Below are positions 41,395 to 52,351 of a DNA stretch of 64,000 nt, one piece after another. The stretch spans positions 7,921 to 71,920 of the forward strand of contig JBNJJW010000023.1 of NCBI GenBank assembly GCA_051750645.1, given 5' to 3'. This DNA is from Bacillota bacterium. GTDB taxonomy: Bacteria > Bacillota > Bacilli > Paenibacillales > Paenibacillaceae. The notes beneath the pieces were generated by a model, which saw nothing but the letters and a program-made list of their open reading frames with translations, did no database searches and was not told the origin of the DNA. Position numbers and translations under genes: made by a program. Position 1 is the stretch's first letter. The number at the start of each line of letters is the position of its first letter.

Positions 41395-41991
41395 CTAATC
41401 ATCTAATCCCTTTCCGCCCAGAATATGCGGCAAATATTTTTCAACCCTTGACTCTCGAGTTTTGGATTGTTTTGGTGCAGAAAAATGAAGAATGTACGCT
41501 CTTTGCCGTCCCGGCGTCAATGCTTCAAAAGCAGTTTTCAAGTCAGGGATTTCAACGAATTTATTTTGTAATTCTTCAGGAATTATGTATTCCGTATTCT
41601 TTTTATAGTTGACTTGCAAACCGGCTTTTTCAACTTCAATGGCTTCATCGATATAACTTTTCAAGATAAGCTGCATCTCATCTATTTCTTGAACATTGGT
41701 GAACCGAATCTGGCGCGCCGCCTGCACATTTTCCGTTTGTTGGATTAGGATACCATGGGGATCTTTTAACAAGGCACCTTTGTGAAACAGAAGCGCGCAG
41801 TATTCTTTAAATCCATGTATTAAAACAATGTTTTTATCCTGAAACGTGTAACAAGGATGCATCCACTTAAACTCTTCGGTCAACTCGCAGTCAAGAACGA
41901 TATTTCTCAACAGCTCGAATTCTTCCTTCCACTTTTTAGCCTTACTAAAAAATGGATCAATCTTAGGATTTCTTTCACCTTTTGTCATCAA
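41395..41991 (-). CDS. YdeI/OmpD-associated (DUF1801) family protein
   Basis: FKWMHPCY, FHKGALL, F.ALTPGRQRAY. Confidence 0.9.
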   Translation of the reverse strand: MMTKGERNPKIDPFFSKAKKWKEEFELLRNIVLDCELTEEFKWMHPCYTFQDKNIVLIHGFKEYCALLFHKGALLKDPHGILIQQTENVQAARQIRFTNVQEIDEMQLILKSYIDEAIEVEKAGLQVNYKKNTEYIIPEELQNKFVEIPDLKTAFEALTPGRQRAYILHFSAPKQSKTRESRVEKYLPHILGGKGLDD

Positions 41992-42081
41992 GGAACACCC
42001 CTTTTCAATTTTTCGATCCGCTCACTGTGAGGAATGGTCATCCTCAATTATATCAAGTATTTTTCAATCCAATCCGCTTGG

Positions 42082-42216
42082 CTAATCACATCGAGGTTGT
42101 GCTGCCGACTTTTCGGTCAAGTACCAGTCTTGCCTCTTAAAGGACAGCTTGCTTCCGCCGCCAAAGGCCATGGAGACAAGCAGAAAACTTTGTAAAATAA
42201 CGAAAATGATATACAT
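42082..42216 (-). pseudogene. DoxX-like N-terminus fused to a copied arsR segment
   Basis: MYIIFVILQSFLLVSMAFGGGSKL followed by a copy of 42782-42823. Confidence 0.55.
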
Positions 42217-42238
42217 AAGGCTATCCTTCCTATTACAG

Positions 42239-42658
42239 CTAGGCCAATACCTTTTCAAGCTCGCCGCACCATTTGCTCCAGCCATACTTAGCTCCACCCA
42301 GTGCTTGAGTATTAGAGAGTCCCGTTTGTTCGAGATGAAGGTTAACCTTACCGTCCCCTAAATCCTGCAGCGTCCAGGTGACCGTGTGCGTCTCCCCTCC
42401 ACTGGCCCAGGTGTAGGACACCCGGTTTGGTGCGTCCACGATAAGCACTTCGCCGTCAATAATGCCATCCCAATTTTCGGACGGCTGAGTGCGAAACTGA
42501 AAACGGTATCCTACGACGGGCTTAAAATCATTATCCATCGCCTCACCGGTGTGGATGTTGGCCACCCACTTGGCAAGCTTGCTTGAATCGGTTAAGGCGG
42601 ACCAAAGCTTCTCGATCGATGTTGTGTACTGAAAATCCAAGGATAATGTTAAACTCAT
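42239..42658 (-). CDS. SRPBCC/AHSA1-domain protein
   Basis: IEKLWSALTD..LAKW, F.PVVG..FQF, VSYTW; start overlaps the arsR stop. Confidence 0.9.
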   Translation of the reverse strand: MSLTLSLDFQYTTSIEKLWSALTDSSKLAKWVANIHTGEAMDNDFKPVVGYRFQFRTQPSENWDGIIDGEVLIVDAPNRVSYTWASGGETHTVTWTLQDLGDGKVNLHLEQTGLSNTQALGGAKYGWSKWCGELEKVLA

Positions 42659-42984
42659 TCTTCTTCCTCCTCTAATAGTTGATTCAAGCGCAATAAATTC
42701 GCATTCCAGAACTTGCTGTAGAAAGTCACCCAATCTTGAATTTCTCTGAGTGGAGAAGCGTTTAGCCTAAATCGCGTTTCTCTGCCGACTTTTCGGTCAA
42801 GTACCAGTCCGGCCTCTTTAAGGATTGTCAAATGCTTGGATACCGCTGTACGGCCCATTTGAAACTGTGCCGTTAATTCATGAAGCGGTATCTCCTCTGC
42901 CTCTGCTAACAGATGAATCAGTCGGCGCCTAGTTGGATCTGCAATCGCGTCAAACACATCCCGCAACTGGTCGTTCTCGCTCAA
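42655..42984 (-). CDS. ArsR/SmtB-family regulator
   Basis: DVFDAIADPTRR, AVSKHL.IL..AGLV. Confidence 0.93.
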   Translation of the reverse strand: MSENDQLRDVFDAIADPTRRRLIHLLAEAEEIPLHELTAQFQMGRTAVSKHLTILKEAGLVLDRKVGRETRFRLNASPLREIQDWVTFYSKFWNANLLRLNQLLEEEEE

Positions 42985-43283
42985 AACACCCTACCAGCGT
43001 GAACCCATTCTTTAAGCCGAGGAAAATCTGGCACGACGAGAGCGATGGCACCTAGCACTTTCCAAATCCCGAGAATGGTCAAGACGTATAATGGGTAACC
43101 AAGATTCGTCACTAACTCGACGTTTCCCCCAAATTGCATCAATTGCCCGATTACACTTGACGTAACAGCTGCTGCGAGTAGTAATATGACTGTCCAATAA
43201 GCAATCATTTTTCCTCGGGGCTGGGTTTCTTCTTTCTCGGTTGTTTCCGCACCGATAATCTTACTCATTTGTATCCTCCTCAT
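42981..43283 (-). CDS. DoxX-family membrane protein, probably C-terminally truncated
   Basis: LGYPLY..ILG.WKVLG.IAL.VP.FPRLKEW.AG; ends early. Confidence 0.65.
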   Translation of the reverse strand: MRRIQMSKIIGAETTEKEETQPRGKMIAYWTVILLLAAAVTSSVIGQLMQFGGNVELVTNLGYPLYVLTILGIWKVLGAIALVVPDFPRLKEWVHAGRVF

Positions 43284-43342
43284 AATTGTTTCAAGTGAAG
43301 TTATACAGGTTCCAATCTTTCCAAAAGACTAACTATTAATTA

Positions 43343-43387
43343 GACACCGCTTGGTGTCGTTTTCATTATAGGATACCATTTGGTGTC
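43343..43387. promoter_or_regulatory. Tandem operator palindromes (probably for ArsR)
   Basis: GACACCGCTTGGTGTC and GATACCATTTGGTGTC upstream of the doxX-arsR-SRPBCC operon. Confidence 0.7.
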
Positions 43388-43571
43388 TTGTCAACAATGA
43401 TTTCAAACTCATCCAAGCTTGGACACTTATCTGCATAATAGATTATCGCCGGTGATTAGGCATTGAGATTCAATACAAAACCATCGGGGTTGTTGACTCT
43501 CCAATTCATGCTACACTCTACCTAGTTGTGTTACTTCCAAAACCCAGTTTACTGGCACTGGGTCGTGGTTG

Positions 43572-43740
43572 CTACATTTGGATCGCCATCAGTCGGTTTC
43601 CATCGGGTTCTTCGAAAATGACGATGTTGTTTTCTAGCACCTCATTATGTATTACGATGCTGTTTTCCTTCAAAAACTGGAGCGTTTGCCGAATTTCGTG
43701 TGTTTTGAAAAAATTACCGTGGACAGCCTCCCCCCTGTAT
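43572..43740 (-). pseudogene. VOC/glyoxalase-like C-terminal fragment
   Basis: FFKTHEIRQTLQFLKENSI...IFEEPDGNRLMAIQM-stop. Confidence 0.5.
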
Positions 43741-43843
43741 ATCCCTAGTTAAAGTTATGTAAAGTCTTCCATTTTGTATTGTCCAGGTCTATCACTTTTT
43801 CTATAATAAGAGTGTTCTAGAGCTCTTTAAAAATCGGGAGAAG

Positions 43844-45067
43844 GTGATAGACATGAAGCTGGTAAAGTTTATATCCACAGGTGCTGTTGTCAGTCTATTG
43901 GTTGCCACTCATTTTGGTGTTGCTTCAGCCGATCAGGCGATTGTTAACGACCAGGAAAAGTCAAATTGGCATGCCGAGCATGAAAAAGAACACTCTGTAG
44001 GGCAGCTGACATTTATTGGCGAGCAAAGAATTCCGAACGATGAAGTTTATGAAGAGACGCTTGTTGGAGGACTTTCCGGCATTGATTACGATCCCAAAAC
44101 ACATAAGTGGATCATTATTAGCGATGATCGCTCAGACAAAAGCCCTGCCCGCTTTTATACCGCGAAACTGAAGTATGATACAGACAGCTTTTCATCTGTC
44201 AAGCTTACTGATATGACTGAATTTAAACAGTCGGATGGCACCACTTATCCAAACAAGACCGATTATGCTGCAAATAAAAAAGGCGTCGTCCCCGATTTAG
44301 AATCCATTCGCTTTGATCCAACAAACGATTCGATCTGGTATACAAGTGAAGGCGACCGAAGTCTTGCCGTTAATCCATTCATCTCTCAAGCTGAACGAAA
44401 CGGAGACTATCTATCTTCATTCCTAATTCCAGAGACCTTTAAAATCGATCAAAGCAATGCTGATTTACAGAAAGGCTTCCGCAATAATCTTGCCCTGGAA
44501 GGAAGCAGTTTCTCTCCTGACGGAAAATACTACTTTACTTCCATGGAAGCGTCGCTCTATCAAGACGGTGACATTTCGACAGTCGATTCCGGTTCTTATT
44601 CGCGCATCACGAAGTACGATCGAAACGGCGACATTGCTGCCGAATACGCTTATCCGATCGACGCAATCCCTGCACAACCGGGACCAGGCAAAAATGCTGA
44701 CAATGGTGTCTCGGAAATGCTTGCCGTTAACGACCATCAGTTCCTTATTATTGAACGATCTGGCGTACAAGCCGCCGACGGCAGTTATTCCAATTATATT
44801 CGGATTTATGAAGTGGATACTGAAGAGGCGACAAATGTAAAAAGCCTCGACTCTCTTAAATTAGGTCAATTTAAACCGGTCTCCAAAAAGTTAGTTCTTA
44901 ATTTAAACTCACTTAACTTACCTGAACTAGACAATATTGAAGGCATTACATGGGGACCTAAACTCAAAAATGGACACGACAGTCTTGTACTCGTTTCCGA
45001 TAACAACTTTAATTCATCACAAGTTACTCAATTTCTGGCCTTTGACGTGTCTCCCAAGTCAAAGTAA
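43844..45067 (+). CDS. Secreted esterase-like-activity-of-phytase family protein
   Basis: GGLSGIDY, ISDDRS, D.ESIR, N.ALEG, DNIEGITWGP, VSDNNF. Confidence 0.92.
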   Translation: MIDMKLVKFISTGAVVSLLVATHFGVASADQAIVNDQEKSNWHAEHEKEHSVGQLTFIGEQRIPNDEVYEETLVGGLSGIDYDPKTHKWIIISDDRSDKSPARFYTAKLKYDTDSFSSVKLTDMTEFKQSDGTTYPNKTDYAANKKGVVPDLESIRFDPTNDSIWYTSEGDRSLAVNPFISQAERNGDYLSSFLIPETFKIDQSNADLQKGFRNNLALEGSSFSPDGKYYFTSMEASLYQDGDISTVDSGSYSRITKYDRNGDIAAEYAYPIDAIPAQPGPGKNADNGVSEMLAVNDHQFLIIERSGVQAADGSYSNYIRIYEVDTEEATNVKSLDSLKLGQFKPVSKKLVLNLNSLNLPELDNIEGITWGPKLKNGHDSLVLVSDNNFNSSQVTQFLAFDVSPKSK

Positions 45068-45324
45068 AGGGTTTTCTATAATTGATTTATAAACTATTAT
45101 AAAAAAAGCCGCAGGTGACTAAGAGGCCACTGAAGAACTTGTAGTTTTTCGGATCAGCTAAGAGGTACAGATAAAAAGACGACCTTTAATCCCGGTTTTT
45201 AGGGATAATGGTCGTTTTTTCACTATCTAAGCAGGTAGGGTCACCTCCCTTCCCTATCAGGAAAAACAGATCAGCTCATTCTCTCAATATCCAGCTGCTG
45301 ACATTCGTCCGATCCAGTATGCAG

Positions 45325-46434
45325 TTACCTGCTGAAGTAATCCTCTAGCCCATTCGCAATTGCTTTGGCCGCTTTCTTCTGGTAGTCTGAACCGCGGACG
45401 ATGGATTCATCTTTTGCGTTGGACAAGAAACCGAGCTCTATGAGTGTTGATACCCTATCATTTTCCCGCAAAACGTGAAGATTGCCGAAAGAAATCCCGT
45501 TGCTATTCAAGCCGATGCCGTCCGCAAGTCTTTTTTCTATCGCGAAGGCCAATGGCCGATCTTTCGTTTCAGAATAATAGAAGGTAAGTATGCCGGACGT
45601 TTTATTCTCCGAAGAATTATAATGGATGCTGACGAAAGCGTCCGCACCGGTGGATTCGCTTATCTTCACCCTGTCGGAAAGCTCGGGCTTCTCCTCTTGC
45701 TTCGTTCTTGTCATGAGGACGCGCGCTCCTCGACTGCGAAGCTCATCCTCGAGGAAGAAGGAGGTGCTCAAATTAAGTTTTTTCTCCAACGTTTCATATT
45801 TCGTTCCGATCGCTCCGGGATCGTCTCCGCCGTGACCGGGGTCAATAACGATTACTTTCCCTTTAAGTCCCTTCGATTTTCCCGAAGAAACCGCCGCCGT
45901 TTGTATTGCGCCCTTCACGATATAACGATCTGATACCCAGCCGGTTTGCCCCTCCGGAGTCTGGATCCGAACCCATCCTTCCCGGTTTTCCATTATCGTA
46001 ACAGCCTTACCCTTTGTTAGGCCTCCCAGAACCTTATAGTTCAACCCGGCGCCGGCCCTGATCCGCAGCGAATCCGCCAGCACAGTCGCATGGGTCGCTG
46101 CAGAACTCTTTTGCACACTGCCATCTTGATCTGTCGCCGAAGCAGTTACGACACTGCCATCGACCTTCTTCAAAAAATAACCTGCCGCCCAGCCGGAGAT
46201 CCGGTCCGACTTGATGCGCAGCCAGCCGTACTCTTCTTTCGAAACGGTGACTATCTCGCCATTCTTCAATGCACCCACGATCGACGATTCAAGCGAAGGC
46301 TCGCTTCGGACATTCAATGAGTCGGTGTATACCTTGGCTGTATAACTACCGCTTGCATCCGCCCGGTTTGGTATATAACCGGAAATACTAATCAACCCAC
46401 AGATCAAAATTATCAGGTATACAATTTTTTTCAT
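45325..46434 (-). CDS. N-acetylmuramoyl-L-alanine amidase with two SH3b domains
   Basis: LNVRSEPS and LRIRAGAG SH3b motifs; IVIDPGHGG.DPGA, FVSIHYNS, LIELGFLSN. Confidence 0.95.
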   Translation of the reverse strand: MKKIVYLIILICGLISISGYIPNRADASGSYTAKVYTDSLNVRSEPSLESSIVGALKNGEIVTVSKEEYGWLRIKSDRISGWAAGYFLKKVDGSVVTASATDQDGSVQKSSAATHATVLADSLRIRAGAGLNYKVLGGLTKGKAVTIMENREGWVRIQTPEGQTGWVSDRYIVKGAIQTAAVSSGKSKGLKGKVIVIDPGHGGDDPGAIGTKYETLEKKLNLSTSFFLEDELRSRGARVLMTRTKQEEKPELSDRVKISESTGADAFVSIHYNSSENKTSGILTFYYSETKDRPLAFAIEKRLADGIGLNSNGISFGNLHVLRENDRVSTLIELGFLSNAKDESIVRGSDYQKKAAKAIANGLEDYFSR

Positions 46435-46705
46435 ACAAGTCTCCTTTAGTATTCTTAGGCTATGTAGGTCTACTATTATACCAGCAATTACTAGATTCGT
46501 GCAGACCTATATATGTAAAATTACGCCAGCAATCCATAACTTTATCCCATTCCTGACTTTTAACTTTCATTTCTCTATGTCGCCGAAAAATTGCAAATAA
46601 AAAACCACCAAGTATTATTTTGGTGGCTATCTTTAAAACCTCAGTTTCGATACAAAACGAGCTATAATAATCTGAGTTGTTTATTTTCTTCGGTCGGGTT
46701 ATTAA

Positions 46706-47506
46706 TCACTTATTAATCCGCCAATTTACCATTTTGTTAATGAGCACAATCGTCACGAGGCTGTAACCGAGCAGCATGACGCAGTCCAGCATAACGCCGC
46801 GCGACCAGCCGTTCAAGAGCACGTTTCGCATCGCATCCGCGGCATAAGTAGTGGGGAAAATATAAGACAACCACTGCAGCGGTTCGGGAAGCTGGTCAAT
46901 CTCCACCATGACGGGCGAGAGGAAGGTGACGACCATCATAAGCGCTTGAACCAGCATGTTGGTCAACTGATGGTTAGGCGACCAGAAGCCGATGTACACC
47001 CCGATCCCGACCACACTGGCGAGCGACAGAATAACTACCAGAGGAAGCCCCCACGAATAATGAAATTGAATCCCGTAGATCAGTTGTCCGATCATACCAA
47101 GGAGAACAAACGAAGGGATCGTATTGAGCAGACCCCTGAACAGATTAGCGAGCACGAAGTTGATTTTCGAAATCGGCAGTGAGGCGTAATAAGAAAAATG
47201 ACCTTCATGTTTCTGCCAGGAAATTTCCTGACCCATTCCGTTCATCCCCATCACAATGACACCGAAGATCAGATTACCCGCGATAATGCGGATCATCATC
47301 TCTTCGCTCGGATTTTCTGCGAAAAACTTCATGAACAGAACTGTCGTCAATGGAAACATCGTAGCCATCAGGATGACCCAGGCCCAGCTGTCCCTGACAA
47401 TGGCGAATTGGATGCGAAATAGAATGGAGAGCTCAGTCCACAGCCTGCCTGGTCCCTTTAACGGAACCGCAAACGCCGCCTGATTCGTTCCGGTTGAAAG
47501 CTTCAT
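46706..47506 (-). CDS. ABC-2 type exporter permease
   Basis: Six hydrophobic segments; FPTTYAADA motif; overlaps the ATPase stop. Confidence 0.9.
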   Translation of the reverse strand: MKLSTGTNQAAFAVPLKGPGRLWTELSILFRIQFAIVRDSWAWVILMATMFPLTTVLFMKFFAENPSEEMMIRIIAGNLIFGVIVMGMNGMGQEISWQKHEGHFSYYASLPISKINFVLANLFRGLLNTIPSFVLLGMIGQLIYGIQFHYSWGLPLVVILSLASVVGIGVYIGFWSPNHQLTNMLVQALMMVVTFLSPVMVEIDQLPEPLQWLSYIFPTTYAADAMRNVLLNGWSRGVMLDCVMLLGYSLVTIVLINKMVNWRINK

Positions 47507-48462
47507 ACCCCAACCATCTCCTTTCGGGCCTGCTCGTCGATATGGAAATACACGTCCTCCAGACTCGGCGGTTTCACGGCGTACTCTTCGATGGGCAGCT
47601 CCGGGTGGCGAATAATATAATCCAGCATCCGGCTTGCCTCATGCTTCTCGACGAGAAGCACCAGCCGGTTTTCCCCGTTATCCTGCATACTCCCCCAGTA
47701 GGCCAAAGCCGCCATGACTTCCTCTTTCCGCCCGAACTCGGTACTCAGTTCGAATTTCAAACGCTGGTCGACCTTCTGCTTCAGCCTCGAGACCGCATCG
47801 ATGTCAAGCAGCCGCCCGTGGTTGATGACGGCAACACGATGAACGACCTGCTCGGCTTCGAGCACGTTGTGCGTGACCAGGATGACGGTCGTCCCCTGAC
47901 GGTTGCGCTCCTTGATCAGATTCCAGACCAGGCGGCGGTTCTTCGGGTCGAGCTCATTGGTGGGCTCATCGAAAATCATCACCGGGGAGTGTCCGATCAG
48001 CGCCGTTCCGATGCCGACCATTCGCTTCTGTCCGCCAGACAAATGCTTAAGCTGCTTGTTGCGGAACTCCGTCATCCCAAACTGCTCGAGCAGCTCCTCC
48101 GCTTCCCGATCGGCGGCGGATTTCGTCATGCCTCTCAGCCTCCCGGTAAACGCAAGCGCTTCATAGGCTTTCAGTGCCGACAGAACATGGGGCTCCTGCG
48201 AAAAATACGCGACAAGGCTCGCCACTTTCCTCGTCTGCTTGGACACGTCCTCCCCGGAGAACAGAATGCGTCCTTCCGTCGGCTTCAGATGACCGACCAT
48301 CTGCTTGATCAATGTAGATTTTCCCGCGCCGTTCGGGCCGAGCACCCCAAGAATTTCCCCTTCCGGAATTTCGAAGGTGATGTCTTCGTTTGCCTTGACC
48401 TTGCCTTTCTTATACAACTTGCTGACATCCCGGATCTCATAAACCATCCGTTCCATGAACAA
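47503..48462 (-). CDS. ABC exporter ATP-binding subunit
   Basis: GPNGAGKST, LSGGQKR, FDEPT. Confidence 0.95.
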   Translation of the reverse strand: MFMERMVYEIRDVSKLYKKGKVKANEDITFEIPEGEILGVLGPNGAGKSTLIKQMVGHLKPTEGRILFSGEDVSKQTRKVASLVAYFSQEPHVLSALKAYEALAFTGRLRGMTKSAADREAEELLEQFGMTEFRNKQLKHLSGGQKRMVGIGTALIGHSPVMIFDEPTNELDPKNRRLVWNLIKERNRQGTTVILVTHNVLEAEQVVHRVAVINHGRLLDIDAVSRLKQKVDQRLKFELSTEFGRKEEVMAALAYWGSMQDNGENRLVLLVEKHEASRMLDYIIRHPELPIEEYAVKPPSLEDVYFHIDEQARKEMVGV

Positions 48463-48644
48463 CGCCTCCCGTACGTTATCATCTTCATTCGAAACCGCAT
48501 ACAGTTAAGGATATATGGAATCGTCAGTCCGTTGGAGCGTCTGCAGACCAAATACCCCCACCTCCTCGAGCCGTATTTTCCTCTCTGTCTGGAGACCGAT
48601 CGCTCTCCGCCTCCGGTTAAGTAGGATATCGGGCCAAGGTCAGT

Positions 48645-48971
48645 TTATCTCAATGTGTTATCGTCCGATGGATGTTCAACTTGTTTTAAAATCCAAGGTT
48701 TTTCTCCCTTTTTATGATAAGACGCAAAATACTCCTGTTCTTTTTCGATTAAATTCCAAACCATAGGTTCTTCAACCACAATTTTGATTGCTTTGTCTCT
48801 CGCGGAATTATTCGGGTCGTAAGCCATAATCCACGCTTCTTTGTAGTCCTCGGAATAGTTCTTTTCAATAACGATTATAGTCGAAGTTGCTGACTTGTAA
48901 GGTCCCCCTTGTTGCGAGCAACCAACGAAAAAAATCCCAATCGTAATAATTAAAAAAAAGATTTTTTTCAT
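48645..48971 (-). CDS. Lipoprotein of unknown function
   Basis: MKKIFF...FVGC lipobox; GGAGGGG RBS. Confidence 0.75.
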   Translation of the reverse strand: MKKIFFLIITIGIFFVGCSQQGGPYKSATSTIIVIEKNYSEDYKEAWIMAYDPNNSARDKAIKIVVEEPMVWNLIEKEQEYFASYHKKGEKPWILKQVEHPSDDNTLR

Positions 48972-49056
48972 AATGCCCCTCCTCCCTCCCATTTTGACAC
49001 GATAGTTGCGTGAATCTGCCCTACTCTCTTTCTCGTTCTCCGATAGCAACAAGAAA

Positions 49057-49497
49057 TTATTTTATTTCTTTTATATCAATACCGCTGGCTGGACTATTAG
49101 TAAAAGCAAACCAAACTTTATTTTTTGGATTAATTTGTACTAGTTTTGCATATTCCCCTTGAACAGTTATGCCTTGGACTTTCTCATTAGGGTCAACAAC
49201 AGCAGTTATGTAAAATGGAAGCCCCACTTCTGCTGTTGCTATATAACCACCTTCTTGAAGGTCAATAGAACCACTGCCTGTTATCCATTCCCACTTACTT
49301 TGATTATTTTTTATAAATCCTAAGTTTAATGATTGCTCTTTTTCATAAAAAATGATTACTACATTATCTTTAACTTCAAAATGCCATACAGAGTCAAATT
49401 TATTTTTATTTTCAACCATAATATTCTTAAATTGTTCTTCTAATGTTGGCGTTTCCTTCGGTGAACAGGCTGTTGAAATACTTACTAATAAAAACAT
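49057..49497 (-). CDS. Lipoprotein of unknown function (true start probably about 30 nt upstream)
   Basis: Lipobox STAC. Confidence 0.75.
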   Translation of the reverse strand: MFLLVSISTACSPKETPTLEEQFKNIMVENKNKFDSVWHFEVKDNVVIIFYEKEQSLNLGFIKNNQSKWEWITGSGSIDLQEGGYIATAEVGLPFYITAVVDPNEKVQGITVQGEYAKLVQINPKNKVWFAFTNSPASGIDIKEIK

Positions 49498-49935
49498 TGC
49501 AAAAAATAATATTTTTATCTTGGTCAGAATACTTCCCCCTTATTTTCAAGAGCAAATTTTCTTTCAAATATAGCATAAATACCAAGAACATTCGTGATGT
49601 TTATTTTTAAATAAACTGCCAGTTAACTGCCTGGAGTCTCTGCAAGTTGCTCTGACAATCTAGACCGCACATTTATAGACGTCGCCGCGAAACGCGGTGG
49701 CGTCTTTGCTATGTACAACTTCCAAGGACCATTCTGATTGAAAACAAGCCATTCCACGCGCAAAAACGCAGCCTTATCCGGCTGCGTAATGTTTTTCATA
49801 CGATAGAGATGAGGTTATCTAGCTTTTTATTAAAAAAATCATTAGGCAGGACTAATTTTTTATTGTCTTTTTGGGGTTTTTAGCGGATTTAATTTTCATG
49901 GGAGCTTAACAAATGAAATGCCATTTTCTCCATTT

Positions 49936-50742
49936 TCAATCCTTTCGACGGGCGACATGGAGAACAGCGCCCCAGTGGCGGTGAACCGACTTTTCTGGAC
50001 GGCTATTAAGGCAAACTCGGATTTCGTTGAAGAGCTTGTTGCGTTTCCATTCCTCCATAAGTATGTGTCCGGAGAAAGTTTCGAGTAGTTTAATGTACTC
50101 GTCAACATGATAAATGCGCTCCCAATCGAAGTGTCGAACGTGAACAACCTCAAACAGCCCGCTTTTCTCAATCTCATCTCTTTGCTCGTGTAGTTCCCCT
50201 GGTCGCGGCCATTCGTTGTTGTCTACCGATTTACCCTCGCCGATCTCATAGTAAACAGCTTGAATTTCACGGAAGAATGGGTCCCCACCATCAGGAAAAA
50301 CGTGATCTGCGTTCCAAAATGCCAGATGTCCGCCTGGACGAAGGACTTGCCATGCCTTGATGTATCGAACTTCGGGATCAACCCATTTCCAAGCGGTTGC
50401 AGCGAATACCAAATCAAACCATTTCTCCGTCTCTGGTTGCCAGTCTTCAAAACTTCCCGTGATTATGTCGACGTCCATTCCGACAAGGTTTTGATGGGCA
50501 ACTGCAGCAAGCTCAGCGCCAAGTTCTACGCACGTGATTTTAAATCCACGCTTGGCTAACGGAAGAGTAGCCTTTCCTGTAGCACAACCCACTTCCAACA
50601 AACGATCACCTGGATGCAAATTTGTCGCATGAATTAAATCATCGAATAATTCTTCCGGGTAATCCGGACGCGCCTGCTGATAAAGGCTCGCGGATTGTTC
50701 AAATGACTTACGCAATATCTTATAGTCATTCTTCAAGTTCAT
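49936..50742 (-). CDS. Class I SAM-dependent methyltransferase
   Basis: RPDYP, LLEVGCATGKAT, FDLVFAATAWKW. Confidence 0.92.
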   Translation of the reverse strand: MNLKNDYKILRKSFEQSASLYQQARPDYPEELFDDLIHATNLHPGDRLLEVGCATGKATLPLAKRGFKITCVELGAELAAVAHQNLVGMDVDIITGSFEDWQPETEKWFDLVFAATAWKWVDPEVRYIKAWQVLRPGGHLAFWNADHVFPDGGDPFFREIQAVYYEIGEGKSVDNNEWPRPGELHEQRDEIEKSGLFEVVHVRHFDWERIYHVDEYIKLLETFSGHILMEEWKRNKLFNEIRVCLNSRPEKSVHRHWGAVLHVARRKD

Positions 50743-50937
50743 TATATTCCTCCTTGTACGTTTATCGGTTGTATTGCGGATATATATGTTTTTTCTGGTC
50801 TGATCAATTAGCAGAAAATAGGTTTCATCTTTTTTTACATATTCAACGTAGACACCAGTGCCACTTTCATTCAGATAACTTCTGATCCATTTGTCCGGTT
50901 TTGAGTTAAATACTTTAATGCTATCGTCTTTGCATTT

Positions 50938-51240
50938 TTATATTACAAATACCCCGACTATTAAAGCGATTACAATCATAATTAGTCCGAATACTAACAG
51001 AGCCTTTCCTAAATCTTGTTTATTAGGATCATCACTAAATGCAAAGATCCCCCCCACAATCAAACCAACTATCGGCAAAAATAATGTTGCTAAGAAAAGT
51101 AAAATTGTAGCGCATCCGTTATTCGAAGTATTATCATTATAATAACGAGGACCTTCTACTTTTTTAGTGACTACGGTCCCACAATATTTACACTTTAATG
51201 AACCTTGCTCTAAACTTTCATTACAATGTTGGCATATTGT
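50938..51240 (-). pseudogene. Zinc-ribbon membrane protein lacking a start
   Basis: Manual frame: CQHC..CKYCG...LATLFLPIVGLIVGG...LIVGVFVI-stop; 5' end overwritten by the purH-like fragment. Confidence 0.55.
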
Positions 51241-51281
51241 CGAATCTGAGTTGAATATTCCTGAAAATTCTTTAGCAGAGT

Positions 51282-52340
51282 ATGATGAAATAAACGGATA
51301 TTCGAATAGGCCATTACAATTCCATATTCGTTTGCTGCTTCTATAACTTGCTCATCACGCAACGAATTACCTGTTTGAACCAAGTATTTAACCCCACTTT
51401 GAGCAGCCCGGTCAATATTATCACGGAAAGGCAGAAAAGCGTCGGAAGTATAAGAAACTTCTTTTAAGCCTGTTATCCAATTTTGTTTCTCAGCCTTCGT
51501 AAGTCGTTCAGGTACCACATTAAAATATTGTCTCCATTGCTTTTCTTCGGCAGGTGTAAAGTCCTCGTTCGTCCAACCATCAATGGCATTATTTACTTCA
51601 GTACGGGATATTCCAGCACGGAAAACCATTTGTTGTGCGATTGGATGTTGTCTTAACCACCAATTATCAGCTTTTTCAGCTGCAAGTCGAGTACAATGAA
51701 TCCGTGATTGCTGCCCTGCACCAATTCAAATCGTTTGGCCGTCAAGCGCAAAACAAATGGAGTTTGATTGTGTGTATTTGAGGGTGATCATAGCAACGAG
51801 AAGATCCCTTTTAGAGTTATCGGGAATTTTTCGTTGTTTGGTGACAATGTTCTTAAAGATGTCATCCGAAATCTCTGCATCATTTCTTTCTTGTTCCATT
51901 GTGATACCGTACACGGATCTTTGTTCGATTGGGTTTGGTTCATAATCAGGATCGATCTCTAAGATGAGATAATTTCCGTTCTTTTTCTTTTTTAAAAGTA
52001 TCAGAGCATCCTCGTCATATCCTGGTGCAACAATGATATCTGAGACCTCTTTTTTAAGTACATTTGCTACAGTTACATCAACTCTGTCACTAAATGCCGC
52101 ACAGTCACCAAACGAAGATATCCGATCCGCCCCTCTGGCTCTTGCGTAAGCGGTAGCCAATGGAGACAGCTCTAAGCCTTCAACAAAATAAGAATTGACC
52201 AGCGAGTCACACAACGGGGAATATACAGTCTGCACCAGCTGGACTTACATGCTTAAAGGAGGCTGCTGCCGGTTGACCGATACTTTGTCTAAGTTCTCGA
52301 AAGCATTTAATGCATCTAAAAAGTTAATGTAACTTGCCTC
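51282..52340 (-). pseudogene. purH: AICAR transformylase (PurH C-domain-like) pseudogene in three pieces
   Basis: FLDALNA, AAASFKHVSPAG, SSFGD, IVAPGY, LKYTQSNS, SDAF.PFRDN, RLFHH; frameshifts; N-terminus lost. Confidence 0.85.
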
Positions 52341-52351
52341 AGGCGGCTAAT

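Noticed and set aside
49607-49631. Further possible cassette-type sites (also about 11465, 53036 and 56005)
   Set aside because: Arms or cores too degenerate to call by eye; need PWM scoring
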